From: Mizuhopecten yessoensis
Lineage: Eukaryota
DNA: 64,000 bases
Assembly (NCBI RefSeq): GCF_002113885.1
Contig: NW_018407426.1
Span: forward strand, 809,938-873,937
Direction of reading: 5' to 3'
Below the pieces are notes generated by a model that searched no databases, was not told where the DNA came from, and was given only the letters and a program-made list of their open reading frames with translations. Positions 24,400-38,850 of the stretch are shown piece after piece. Each line of letters starts with the position of its first letter. Position 1 is the first letter of the stretch. The translations under genes were made by a program, and so were the position numbers.

Positions 24400-25530
24400 A
24401 GGAATTACTGAAATTAAGACCCTTGATCAGTACAATGAGAATAAGTTAAGATGTTCGAGGAGGGTGATGTCTTCAGTTACACTGAAGAGCATACTAAAAC
24501 ACATCAATCTTTATTACACTAATTAAGATTTCTATTATTTCCCAATCAAATAATGATGGCGACTTTAAAACTTGCTCATTGTTCTGTATTTCTAGAAACC
24601 CTGTGCTGTAAGTTCATTTGTCGACCAGCATTCGGCATCTTTAACGGAAATAGTGATATTCAGATCAGAACGAGTTTTTGAATACCGAATCAACTGTGAT
24701 ATGTGATTATCGTCGGTTGCGAAAGCCGGGAAGTTTTTTTTAAGAAAGAGAAAGTTCACGATAGAAAAAATAATAAGAAGTTGGTCACGTTGTGAGTAAA
24801 GATCGGGGAAAGCCGCTGGTATAGACGAGTTGTAGAGTCCTTCATTCCAAGTTCAGGAGGATTTATAAGATTGACGTGGTAATTAAAATTTCTTGTTATT
24901 TAAATACACCTTATCATCGATATAACAGATAGTAACTTATCATATTTCCTGTTTTTGTTATGACCTGTAGGACAACGTTCAAGAATGGATGTTGGTTTAT
25001 GATGTGTATTTACTGATTTCTGTACTCAATTTCTTAACTAAGATGTCGTAAAAGTCGATTTGATTACAATCTATAACTTTCATAAAGTTATAAGTTTACT
25101 TGACAGCAGTCAAAATCTATAACAGAAGTCATGATATTCGAAGAAAGCTCAGGAATATCCAATCAACATGTCAACATCGTAAGTTGGGTAAGCAGGATGT
25201 TACTATCAAGAAAGAGAAAGTTTACGATAGGAAAATCACAATCGTTTCACAGATGGTAGTAAACCGTCCCTGTTGTCATGTTGTAAGTAAAGATCGATGA
25301 AAGCTTGTGATATAGACTATCATGTAGTGTCATTGACTCTAAGTTTTTGAGGGTATATCAATCGACGGGTTAATTTGTCTTTTGCCCTTTTAAAGCACCG
25401 CATCGATGATATATCAGAAAGTAAGATATTGTTATTTTACGCCTAGCTGCGTGTTAGTATTAATTTGTTAACTATGCCTGACTTCTAGTATATCGTAAAA
25501 TATAATTTGATTAAAATCTCTGTCTATCAT
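24400..25530 (-). mobile_element. Two decayed Penelope-like RT fragments in the GPCR intron (also at +10476)
   Basis: Minus strand ~25186-25236 reads DFPIVNFLFLDSNIL, matching the Penelope-type DFPIVNFPFLxSNIP motif. A similar block lies at ~24743-24768 and both match 44437-44482. Confidence 0.6.
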
Positions 25531-28374
25531 AAAGTCTACACCCATATGCAGCTCGTTCAGTAATTCCAATTATCTGTAAACCTCAATTGCCATACAATAA
25601 AATAATTATCATCATTATGATGATATATCATGTAAATATTTCTCCACAGCCTTTCTTCGATCTGAATATATAATAAATCTTCTAAGAACAAAGGTACAAT
25701 TGAAGCATATGCTAGCGGCAGTTGTGTCTTAATTTGTTTTACTATTTATTCAATATTCCTATCTGAAGGAAAACGTGTTATGTTTAGAATCAATTTGATT
25801 GACCATATTAATCAGGCGGTTCAGATAGTGACGAATCTTCTTCTTCTTGAACTGCACATGAAGAGTAACATTTTTGTGTGTATTATGTGAGATTATTTAA
25901 TGCAAGCAGATGTAAAAATGTCCTGACAGCCAATCTTGTTTTTGGAACTTTCTAGGTTTTTAAGGGCACAAGGAATATTTTCTCTAAATTATGATGGAAT
26001 AAATCAATAGAGACATTTTAATGGTGCATTTTGTGAAACGGGTTGGTTTGATTTTGGCTCTATATTTTATAAGTATCATCCAACAAGTTTGAAAATATAA
26101 AGTTGTTACACTCACAGATGGTGGTTAGCTCATTTCAATTCGTGACGCTTTATTTAATCTTGCAATTAAAAGCTAAAACCAAGCCACGTGGAATTTAGAA
26201 AAAATGTTGATCTTTTCTCTTGTGATTGTGGCCTAAATAAAATGGTGTTTATTTCTGATGATATAGTTTTATTTCAAAGACATTTTATTTGTTTTAATGC
26301 ATTTACTGTTTAAGGTAGGGCGTTTTTTTGTAATTTCAACGCAATCTCCCATATGCATATCAATGTCAATCTCTAGGGTGATATACCAAACTCAACGTCA
26401 ATTCTATATACAGCGTCCTTACAAATAGAATTTTAGGTTAATCTGAATTAGTTGGAAGACGTCATATTTACGATTCCCGCAAAATTTTATTATATACTCC
26501 TCGAGTTCTGTACTAGAAAATGGAAAGATTATCATGTACGTGTCATCAGCAAAGACTATCGAAGGTTAAGATTCAACACATCCCTCAAAATATGATATAG
26601 TCACCCAAACTTCCAATCCCTGATGCAATATATTCAAAGACCCAAATTAAAAATAGGAATTTATCTTTGTAATAAGAAAATATTGAACTTTATTGAACAT
26701 TACTTATTGAAATTGTGAATAGCATGTTTATCGTAATCAATAATAAGACCTTTAGGCTGATCACCTCAAGAAATAGTGCGTCGGACTAATAGCATCTCAA
26801 TCGCTTTTGCGGCCCAATCAATACTACGAAATGACATTATCTAAAGTACATCTATATACCTAGAGCATGTAGAGCTTAGTTTCGTAGGTACAAATCCGAT
26901 GAATTATTTTTATGACAACATCATTATTAATGCCTTGATATTGACTGTCTTGTCCTAGATATTTGCCATTTCGATAGCTAATGCACAAGTTCAATATATT
27001 GAAATCATATAATTTTTTTCCTTTAATCTTGAACCTTTTAATCGTTTATGTAGGTTAGCAACAGTAATGTCCCTGGATCATGGTTCTTCTCCTGGCTTAA
27101 CATGTTGTTTTGGGAAAATCACCCCACCGATAAATAATTCTTGCTTCAAAAGTGAATTAAATCTATACCATTTCAGAGTAGAAGTATGCAATAACATGTG
27201 TTTTGAGAACCCCTAAATCTTGATCAAGTGTTTTTGAATAAGCAAAACTAAGCAAATAGGAATAGTTTATTCCATAGTGAGTAGACTATTATATAAAGTT
27301 CGTTGAGTAGAGTACTGGTGTAAAAGATTTTATCATTTTATGTAAAACAATTAATGAAAAGAGTGGAATTAATACATCGTTCCTTAAATACACAAACTAA
27401 TATTTGTTCATGCATACCTGGCCAATCAAAATCAAGAAAATGTCAATATATGAATATTGTGAAAAAGTGCTATTTGTTTGACATGATGTTATTGTGACGT
27501 CACAATTATAATGCCACATTATATGCCATGGAAACTAAAGTTTTTTTACATGCTAATGTAACAGTTTTATTCTTACCTCGTACATCTTTTTTTAACTATA
27601 AACAGGTTTAATGGTCATCATCAGAATCTTTCAGCATTTCTTTGTGTAATATGAAGGTCGTTTTTTATTATACTCATCAGTATTGTGGTTTTGTTGTTAA
27701 TACCCGAGTTTGATGTGACAACGTGCCATTTATTTACATTGCATGTGCTATCGATGAAGTAAAAGACGCTTACCCTTTCGGAATTCATGGTCTTATTCTC
27801 GTTGTACCTTTTTTTATAATATCAATGTGAATCTCTCCTTTGTTTATGTTATGCCCTAGTTTTATCGATTTTTAGTTCGAATAATGTTTTTTGTGGACAC
27901 TTCGGTATTATATTGTTTAGTTTTTTAACAAACAACACAGGAATGTGATAAAAAATCACTATTGTATAATAATCCACTGATAAAATAGAATAAATTCAGA
28001 TTGTATTATTATGGTCTATTCACACTGACTCTGTTCCAAAAAAAAACCCTGATAAAAACTTCGCTTAATGTTTCACGGTACCAAAACTTATTTATTTAAA
28101 AGTTGTGACTGTATGAGCGGTTCTGGTCAAAATGCAGTTATAGCGTTATGACATTTATAAGCTATATCATTATTCTATCGAAAACAGTAAAACACATAAT
28201 TGATTCACACGGAATATGACTAATCAGATGTTTGAGCAAGTCCATGCCACCTTAAAATAAGGTCAAAATAAAGGAAGTTTGTATGTGACTCTTAACCTAC
28301 CAATTATAGGGGTTTTATAGTTTGTCAATAGTTCAAAAATTCCACATAATGAACCTTTTATTTTTTTTGTCCAG

Positions 28375-30143
28375 CGCTGTCCGTTTTGGTATTGCCGTTC
28401 ACCTTGACCTCCGTCTTCTCCTCGTCAGGTTGGATATTCAACGACATTTGGTGCAAAATTCAAGGATTCATCTTTAGTGTGTGTGTGTTCTCCATACAGT
28501 TTTCCTTGATGGTTATCTCCCTTGACAGGAATTATGCCATTATAAACTCGCTTCGTTATGTGAATGTCTTTACACAGAAACTTGCTAATATACTGATAGC
28601 CATGTGCTGGTTGTTGAGTGTAGTGTTAGCGTCTCTGCCGTTGTTAAACTGGGGTTCGTATGACTACATACCAAACCAATACACGTGTGCAATAAACTGG
28701 GAGGTGTCTAGTGAGTTTCTCACCACAGTGTGTATATTAGTATTCCTTCTCCCTCTCCTTGTCCAGGCAATCTGCTATCTGAGCATTTTCAAAGCGGCGA
28801 TCAGCCACACAAAACGGTCGAGTCGAGTGTATCCTTCAATGCAAACGAGTTCTATTAGAGGACTTACAAGTTCGGTCCAAGATCCGCCGAGTGATTCATC
28901 GGATATTAGTGACGTTTCACAAAACGTTCAGGTGAAATATCAAAATATGGAGTGCAAGGCAGTGCGAACGATCCTGCTGATTGCTTTTACATATGCTATT
29001 TGTTGGGTTCCATATATGACGGTGTCGTTTTTAAGGCTCAGATCAGTCACCATAGTGTCCTACAGCGATTCGCTCGCTGTCTGTTTTCTCTTCCTGACTG
29101 GGGTAATCAACCCTGTTATATATGTATTCATGAATAGGGTAATGCGATTCGAGATAAATAAGTTTTTCTGTGGACCTAGTGGGAGAGATTCGAGAAAATC
29201 AAGCTCTGGCGATGACAACGATGACTTCTATTCAACGACGACGATGAGTGTATCGATACCAAAGACAACGACGACATCGTCCTCTTCGAACAGTTGTCAA
29301 ACTAGGTCAGGCGGAAAGAGCAGGAGGATAGAAATGAAAACTATAAAAGAAGAGGAGGTAGAACTAGAAAATGTTTTCAAACCCGGTCAATTCCCTAAAA
29401 AGGCGGAAAACCCGTCGGAAGAAATTGTAAAGGTTTCCGTGGATAAAGAGGAACAAAAACCAGAATTATTTCTGAACCCTACTGATTTATATCTTCAGAG
29501 AAAACGGATACGAACAAAGCGTGAGCGGATGATGTCTATACGCGAGGAGGCGTCAATACCTATCCAGGAGACACTCGAATCTCCTGAATGGCAGTACTTA
29601 GAGGACTTGGACCTGGCATGGAATCCTGCCATCTCGAAAGATTCACAGATTCAGTACAGACGTCGTCGATCGCGAATAAATTCCTTAGGGGCCAGGAAAG
29701 ACGAAACATTTTCTAGGAAAAATCGAGATAGTGGATCATTCCTGTATTTTGAACATTTTAGTCCAAGCAAGGGACAACATGGACAGAATCGCCGATCAGG
29801 GCGCGGCCTATCGGTCGATGAAGCATTATTTAGGTTCGACAATTTTCCTCGGAGTAAACAAAACAGACATCACAGCCTCTATGAGGGTATGCAAACTTCG
29901 ATAACTGTACCAATGCCAGATTTAGAATCCTGTCGTCCACACGTTTCTGATCACGCACAAAACGGTAATGCCGGTTCTTCGGTCGAGTTAGGTCGAGAAT
30001 GCAATACTGGTTCAGATCCTGAACTCAACCGGAAGACACCGTCAACATCAAATCACGTGACACAGACATCAATCAAAGATGGTAACTCAACGCATCTTAT
30101 ACATGTGTCTCCACAACCAAAGCGAAATTGTTTGTCTGCTTAA
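28375..30143 (+). CDS. GPR161-like class A GPCR, coding exon 2 (TM2-TM7 and long C-tail), copy 1; spliced product 658 aa
   Basis: Acceptor ttttgtccag; phase 1 joins exon 1 to give SELALSVLVLPF. Motifs WIFxxxWC, DRN(Y), CWVPY, NPVIY; ECKAVRTIL resembles GPR161 QCKALITIL. AATAAA at 30173-30178. Confidence 0.9.
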
Positions 30144-32596
30144 ACCTATTAACTTGTCATTTTCTATCAAACAATAAAAGTATCGGATTTTTTAATGAAA
30201 CAGGCAGCCACTTGTTTTTAATCAAGTGTTTATTTTGGGTAACCAATGTAATTTGAAATCACAGTCTTAAGGTAAATGTCATGTAGAGTAGAAGTCTGGG
30301 GTGTATTACCTACTAGTTTAAGGTAATCCTTCTCCAGATATACATTAAACGTACAAATGTGTCTCGTTTTTATGATGCATTTAAGATAATGAATTTACCA
30401 CTGCAAGTTTTATTTTTACCTCCAAATGGTATGTCTCCCTGCCTAAAAAATAAAATAGTGATACAAAATTAAATTTCGTTATATTTACTGGACAGCGCCT
30501 TCATTAACGAGGTCAACTTTTTGTGTTCTTTTGTTCTTAACAAAAATCAACAGTGTTTTCATTTCCCTCAGCATTGTAGAGACATATAAGTCTATTTATT
30601 TTTCAGAAGAACAGCCAACTTATGAGGTTCAATTTTCGCGCGTTTGTGCAGTTTCTTTATTCGTGAAGCCATATACATTATTCGGCCTCCGTTTCTCTGC
30701 TCAATCACTTTAATAAATCTTAAATAAATTCCGATGTTTTGGATGGACTATGGAAATTAAAAACCGATTACCATTTTTTAACGTCTGTAGTTTATTCTTT
30801 GACTGTATTGCATGATTTTAATGACCTTTAATAAATTACAATTAAGTTGGTTTGAGCGCAGATTTTATGTTTAACTATGACAATGGTTGCATGCCTATTG
30901 ATCCAGGTCACGAGTATTGTGCAAATTGGAGGTCCGTACTTAATGAATGTAGGAATAATATAGAATATGATTTGATATCAAACATATCCGTCATTTTGTC
31001 AAAAGTATAACTTATTTCATTGAAAAGTATTAATGCAGATTGAATTTGTTCCATTATTAAATAGATTTGGTGTGATTGACGTTTTTCAATGCAAAACCGC
31101 AATATTAGTTCACACTTAACTAAGTTGGAAATACAATATAAGGCAATTGACAAGGACGGAGGCAACTTGCCCAGGAATTTTAAATACTGAATGAAAATAG
31201 AATTTACAACTTGTCTTGTGGCAGTGCTAATTTGACGCACGTGTTTCACTTTAAGTACACATATATATGAATCAGTGTGGAAACATGACCTCTCCATATT
31301 TTGTAATAAGTTTTATGTCTAAATTAATCTTAACCTGATTGATGCTCTCAAAGAGTTTTGAAAAATAAGATTGTCCTGACGACGCAGTTAGATGGTAGAT
31401 ATGAATACATGTATAGCTTAGTATCTCAATTTTTGCGATCAATATGTATTTTCGGGAGAGTTGTTTGCGAAGATATTGAGAATATAACATTCAGACACTG
31501 ATAAAAAGATATACATAAATAGTACCTTATTGTTATTTCGTGAATAACATATAAAGAATGTATGAAGAAATAGCGGAGATGATCATTAGCTGAAGTTATA
31601 ATAATGGTAGATAGTGTTAATTGGTAGTTTTCAAAAAGAATAACCCTAATTCAAATCAGATGTATTATGTGTTAGGTATCATATCAATTGTTATGAATTT
31701 TCTATACAGATTTGAGTTTTAACTTACATTTCTCCTGAAGACATCACTTAGCTCGGAGTATACACTTTGTGTGAAACATGACGGTGCTTCAATCGGCTGT
31801 ACTCATAAGTGAGCTGGGTCACTTGTCTTTTTATGAATGGAATGCTGAGGTTGAGACAAGCGGATAGTTTCGTGTAGCCTGTTTATATCCTAATGGTTGA
31901 CAGAAGAAATCACTCACAGCTATTCTGTGAAAGGTGGGGAAAAAGTATTAGTTTAAATCGAAACACACACACACCTGTTTTTGAGAATTAGTCAAAATAT
32001 CACATAAGTGATGCTGTTGATACATCGAAAATCTTAACCGAAGTAAAAAAGGTTTTATGCATTACAGTTGCATTCTAACGATTCGTGTCCTTTAAATACT
32101 TGCATGTTTCAATATTTCGTTTTTTTAAAGAATATTTGTACTCCGAAACTTCTTTTTCAGGAGGAGTTGAGTTCGCTCAGAAAAATATATAAACCATCTG
32201 TTTAAATGTGTTTTAGAAATACTTGCAGAATTTATGATAGTGGTTGAGCTTGTCAGCCATCGACAATTCTGCAAGCTATCATGGTTTTTGCAAAGCTTCT
32301 GCAGAAATGAACAATTCCTAAAATTAAGGTGACTATAAATATTAACCCAAAATTTTGTCCATAATTGAACTAAGGTCTAGTTTTACAATATGCAGACCAA
32401 AAGTTCTGTAAGTTATTGAAATAAGTGAATAGATTAATAATATTTTATAAGAACGATTTTATTTCGCTGATTTAAGGAATTATAATAAACCATATTTGTG
32501 TAAAAAGAAAACCAAAAATCAAAGTGTCAACAAAATCGTTATTCGAAATAAAAAACCGATGGTAACTTGTTGACTCTGTCAGGCGAATACGACCAG

Positions 32597-32824
32597 GGCC
32601 CGTATTCTTGAAACCGTTCTCGTGCCCAAGCCTTAATTCTGTGCTCAAGCCAGCTTTTTTGAAACTCGCTTGATTTATGTTACATGGTCAAAAAAGCAAG
32701 TGGAAATATTGAAAATATTATTTGGCTTTCAGTCTCTCAAGATGTGAATTTTTATTAGTTTATCTCGAAAACTAACTGTTGGGGTATACTTTGATAGTTC
32801 ACTGAACATGGAGAAACAAGTGAA
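32597..32824 (+). mobile_element. Left half of the CAG-flanked MITE plus the first ~50 bp of the L2 fragment, cut off at the N
   Basis: Matches 43073-43300 and stops abruptly at N32825. Confidence 0.75.
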
Positions 32825-34055
32825 NACTGCAAGGATTTCTTCTAGTGTAACGGAGTTTAACAGACTGTCACATAGCTGTAAGGATTTGGCCTAGTGTAAC
32901 GGAGTTATGCAATGCGTTTCTGATTATATAAAACAATCCCAAATGAAAACTCTATAGTGTTGGAGGAGTCACGAAGGAAGGTTTATATTAAAACCTTATG
33001 TAACGGAGTTTGACAGGCGGTCACAATCCTACCAACACTGTGAAATTTTGGAAGAATCGCCCATGGATGTTTACATTTCCTTTTAATAATCAAGTGTATG
33101 TGTTTCCAACATTTTCCTGGCATTGAACTTTAAGAAATGTCACCCTAACCATGTACTTAGTGACAACAGTCGTGTGTATGTCATCAAGTGAAACACCGAT
33201 AACCTCTTACTGTATTGTAAACACATACGTGTATGTAGCCGGAAGTTGTCATCGCACGTTTGTCGCTTGTCCTTTCAATCCCTACGCATACTTTTAAAGT
33301 GAATACCATAAGTAACGATTGACGCTGGTCGTAAGAACCATCCGCAATGACAACAATACCAGGAAGACATGTGTTATTTCGTTACGTCAACTCTAACCAA
33401 GAGACATTTGGCAGTGTTACCCAAAACTGATCGTAGACCTAACGTGAGACCGAGGTGCTATCCAATTAACGATCAAAACCTACACAAAATATAGTATTGT
33501 CATAACAGTATAAACTTGACCAAAGAAAGGCCAGGCAATCCGGTTCCTTCGTATATTCATAAAGGCAAAATAGCAGTGTCTTTGTGATCATTTTTACGTT
33601 CGGTAGTAACGTGCGAAAATCTACCATCGAATTTTCTTATGGGAATAAATATAAAGAATCAGTGTTATTCCATTAAATAATGACAAATTTTGGGAAACCA
33701 TTTATTGGAAAGGCATTCACACACTTAACGGTTACCGGTACGTGTTGGCAATGTACATGTGAAAGTCGTTGGGTCGGAGTATTCTACTGTGTGCTATGAT
33801 CACTTTAGACTTTGCCCGTTAAAGAGCACCTAATGCGATGGTATTATATTATGCCTGGAAATATAATACATGGAGATATTATGTGATTATGCGTTATGTT
33901 GGGAGAAAAATGATCAAATAGCGATGCTACATTAGGAAGCTACTTTGAAATATATGTCTTACTTCTGAGTCAGCATGCTGTATTTTCTCATTTTGGAAAC
34001 CTAATTACTTAGAAATGTTACAATCTGTGACAAAGAGGGATTATAAAAACTAGTC

Positions 34056-34263
34056 ATGCCATACACGAACTGTAATCTGACAGAGAGTGCGGACTGCGAA
34101 CGAGATGTCAATGTAGGTATCTCCGTGATGGCTCTGTGTCTAGGAGTCATTTTAGCCCTGTCGGTCGCAGCCAACGGGATGGTATGCTTCGTCTTTTACC
34201 GGAAGTCCAATCTCTTAAGCATCTCGAACAGCTTCGTTCTGAACCTGTCCTGCTCGGAGCTGG
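34056..34263 (+). CDS. GPR161-like GPCR coding exon 1, copy 2
   Basis: Same translation as 23580-23787, same GTAAGA donor. Confidence 0.85.
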
Positions 34264-37200
34264 GTAAGATGTTTACTTTATATTATATTACTTTCTTATG
34301 AAATATGAAAAATGTCTGTTTAAATTATTAATTTAAAGTAACATGTTCATAAGATATCAAAGGGAAATTCAATCATAACAAAAGCGAAATCAAAACATAA
34401 ATTAACATTTTGTGTTCAACACGACATTGACGAACTTATATCAATTGAAATTGTAAGATCTTTCGTCCTTCTGATATGGAACTGTACAAATAGTTATTGT
34501 AATTTCAATTTGCATCATAAACTGTGTAGATTTTCTTTTCCCCCCAAAGTATTCTTTTCGTTTTCTGGTCATTTATCAAGATATTGTTAAGATTATTTAC
34601 TGGTAGCCATATATTCACATTCCTTGCATTTGGAGATGTAATAAGCGTTACATTTTGTTTACTTCGTTTTCACTCCGGTGATTTCATGATTTTATGTTTT
34701 TAGGGGTTTTGTAATTCAACTTTTGCGATTTCGCAAAAATCACTTGTTTTAAAGACGAAGATTGCGTACATCTTCTTCACTACTATGTTTTATATATCCT
34801 TCTTTCAACGACTACAATAAGATAATTCCGAAGCGTCAACTAAAAATCGACAAAACTATAGCAAAACATAAACAAAGGAATTACTGAAATTAAGACCCTT
34901 GATCAGTACAATGAGAATAAGTTAAGATGTTCGAGGAGGGTGATGTCTTCAGTTACACTGAAGAGCATACTAAAACACATCAATCTTTATTACACTAATT
35001 AAGATTTCTATTATTTCCCAATCAAATAATGATGGCGACTTTAAAACTTGCTCATTGTTCTGTATTTCTAGAAACCCTGTGCTGTAAGTTCATTTGTCGA
35101 CCAGCATTCGGCATCTTTAACGGAAATAGTGATATTCAGATCAGAACGAGTTTTTGAATACCGAATCAACTGTGATATGTGATTATCGTCGGTTGCGAAA
35201 GCCGGGAAGTTTTTTTTAAGAAAGAGAAAGTTCACGATAGAAAAAATAATAAGAAGTTGGTCACGTTGTGAGTAAAGATCGGGGAAAGCCGCTGGTATAG
35301 ACGAGTTGTAGAGTCCTTCATTCCAAGTTCAGGAGGATTTATAAGATTGACGTGGTAATTAAAATTTCTTGTTATTTAAATACACCTTATCATCGATATA
35401 ACAGATAGTAACTTATCATATTTCCTGTTTTTGTTATGACCTGTAGGACAACGTTCAAGAATGGATGTTGGTTTATGATGTGTATTTACTGATTTCTGTA
35501 CTCAATTTCTTAACTAAGATGTCGTAAAAGTCGATTTGATTACAATCTATAACTTTCATAAAGTTATAAGTTTACTTGACAGCAGTCAAAATCTATAACA
35601 GAAGTCATGATATTCGAAGAAAGCTCAGGAATATCCAATCAACATGTCAACATCGTAAGTTGGGTAAGCAGGATGTTACTATCAAGAAAGAGAAAGTTTA
35701 CGATAGGAAAATCACAATCGTTTCACAGATGGTAGTAAACCGTCCCTGTTGTCATGTTGTAAGTAAAGATCGATGAAAGCTTGTGATATAGACTATCATG
35801 TAGTGTCATTGACTCTAAGTTTTTGAGGGTATATCAATCGACGGGTTAATTTGTCTTTTGCCCTTTTAAAGCACCGCATCGATGATATATCAGAAAGTAA
35901 GATATTGTTATTTTACGCCTAGCTGCGTGTTAGTATTAATTTGTTAACTATGCCTGACTTCTAGTATATCGTAAAATATAATTTGATTAAAATCTCTGTC
36001 TATCATAAAGTCTACACCCATATGCAGCTCGTTCAGTAATTCCAATTATCTGTAAACCTCAATTGCCATACAATAAAATAATTATCATCATTATGATGAT
36101 ATATCATGTAAATATTTCTCCACAGCCTTTCTTCGATCTGAATATATAATAAATCTTCTAAGAACAAAGGTACAATTGAAGCATATGCTAGCGGCAGTTG
36201 TGTCTTAATTTGTTTTACTATTTATTCAATATTCCTATCTGAAGGAAAACGTGTTATGTTTAGAATCAATTTGATTGACCATATTAATCAGGCGGTTCAG
36301 ATAGTGACGAATCTTCTTCTTCTTGAACTGCACATGAAGAGTAACATTTTTGTGTGTATTATGTGAGATTATTTAATGCAAGCAGATGTAAAAATGTCCT
36401 GACAGCCAATCTTGTTTTTGGAACTTTCTAGGTTTTTAAGGGCACAAGGAATATTTTCTCTAAATTATGATGGAATAAATCAATAGAGACATTTTAATGG
36501 TGCATTTTGTGAAACGGGTTGGTTTGATTTTGGCTCTATATTTTATAAGTATCATCCAACAAGTTTGAAAATATAAAGTTGTTACACTCACAGATGGTGG
36601 TTAGCTCATTTCAATTCGTGACGCTTTATTTAATCTTGCAATTAAAAGCTAAAACCAAGCCACGTGGAATTTAGAAAAAATGTTGATCTTTTCTCTTGTG
36701 ATTGTGGCCTAAATAAAATGGTGTTTATTTCTGATGATATAGTTTTATTTCAAAGACATTTTATTTGTTTTAATGCATTTACTGTTTAAGGTAGGGCGTT
36801 TTTTTGTAATTTCAACGCAATCTCCCATATGCATATCAATGTCAATCTCTAGGGTGATATACCAAACTCAACGTCAATTCTATATACAGCGTCCTTACAA
36901 ATAGAATTTTAGGTTAATCTGAATTAGTTGGAAGACGTCATATTTACGATTCCCGCAAAATTTTATTATATACTCCTCGAGTTCTGTACTAGAAAATGGA
37001 AAGATTATCATGTACGTGTCATCAGCAAAGACTATCGAAGGTTAAGATTCAACACATCCCTCAAAATATGATATAGTCACCCAAACTTCCAATCCCTGAT
37101 GCAATATATTCAAAGACCCAAATTAAAAATAGGAATTTATCTTTGTAATAAGAAAATATTGAACTTTATTGAACATTACTTATTGAAATTGTGAATAGCA

Positions 37201-38850
37201 TGTTTATCGTAATCAATAATAAGACCTTTAGGCTGATCACCTCAAGAAATAGTGCGTCGGACTAATAGCATCTCAATCGCTTTTGCGGCCCAATCAATAC
37301 TACGAAATGACATTATCTAAAGTACATCTATATACCTAGAGCATGTAGAGCTTAGTTTCGTAGGTACAAATCCGATGAATTATTTTTATGACAACATCAT
37401 TATTAATGCCTTGATATTGACTGTCTTGTCCTAGATATTTGCCATTTCGATAGCTAATGCACAAGTTCAATATATTGAAATCATATAATTTTTTTCCTTT
37501 AATCTTGAACCTTTTAATCGTTTATGTAGGTTAGCAACAGTAATGTCCCTGGATCATGGTTCTTCTCCTGGCTTAACATGTTGTTTTGGGAAAATCACCC
37601 CACCGATAAATAATTCTTGCTTCAAAAGTGAATTAAATCTATACCATTTCAGAGTAGAAGTATGCAATAACATGTGTTTTGAGAACCCCTAAATCTTGAT
37701 CAAGTGTTTTTGAATAAGCAAAACTAAGCAAATAGGAATAGTTTATTCCATAGTGAGTAGACTATTATATAAAGTTCGTTGAGTAGAGTACTGGTGTAAA
37801 AGATTTTATCATTTTATGTAAAACAATTAATGAAAAGAGTGGAATTAATACATCGTTCCTTAAATACACAAACTAATATTTGTTCATGCATACCTGGCCA
37901 ATCAAAATCAAGAAAATGTCAATATATGAATATTGTGAAAAAGTGCTATTTGTTTGACATGATGTTATTGTGACGTCACAATTATAATGCCACATTATAT
38001 GCCATGGAAACTAAAGTTTTTTTACATGCTAATGTAACAGTTTTATTCTTACCTCGTACATCTTTTTTTAACTATAAACAGGTTTAATGGTCATCATCAG
38101 AATCTTTCAGCATTTCTTTGTGTAATATGAAGGTCGTTTTTTATTATACTCATCAGTATTGTGGTTTTGTTGTTAATACCCGAGTTTGATGTGACAACGT
38201 GCCATTTATTTACATTGCATGTGCTATCGATGAAGTAAAAGACGCTTACCCTTTCGGAATTCATGGTCTTATTCTCGTTGTACCTTTTTTTATAATATCA
38301 ATGTGAATCTCTCCTTTGTTTATGTTATGCCCTAGTTTTATCGATTTTTAGTTCGAATAATGTTTTTTGTGGACACTTCGGTATTATATTGTTTAGTTTT
38401 TTAACAAACAACACAGGAATGTGATAAAAAATCACTATTGTATAATAATCCACTGATAAAATAGAATAAATTCAGATTGTATTATTATGGTCTATTCACA
38501 CTGACTCTGTTCCAAAAAAAAACCCTGATAAAAACTTCGCTTAATGTTTCACGGTACCAAAACTTATTTATTTAAAAGTTGTGACTGTATGAGCGGTTCT
38601 GGTCAAAATGCAGTTATAGCGTTATGACATTTATAAGCTATATCATTATTCTATCGAAAACAGTAAAACACATAATTGATTCACACGGAATATGACTAAT
38701 CAGATGTTTGAGCAAGTCCATGCCACCTTAAAATAAGGTCAAAATAAAGGAAGTTTGTATGTGACTCTTAACCTACCAATTATAGGGGTTTTATAGTTTG
38801 TCAATAGTTCAAAAATTCCACATAATGAACCTTTTATTTTTTTTGTCCAG

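Noticed and set aside
28386-30143. Intronless 585-aa GPCR starting at 28386, as in the ORF track
   Set aside because: That start is a TTG in the middle of TM2. TM1 is encoded by the exon at 23580-23787, which joins in phase at the acceptor before 28375.
30531-31490. Short ORFs downstream of the GPCR (and their duplicates at 41007-41966)
   Set aside because: AT-rich, no recognisable domain or splice pattern. Their recurrence is due only to the duplication.
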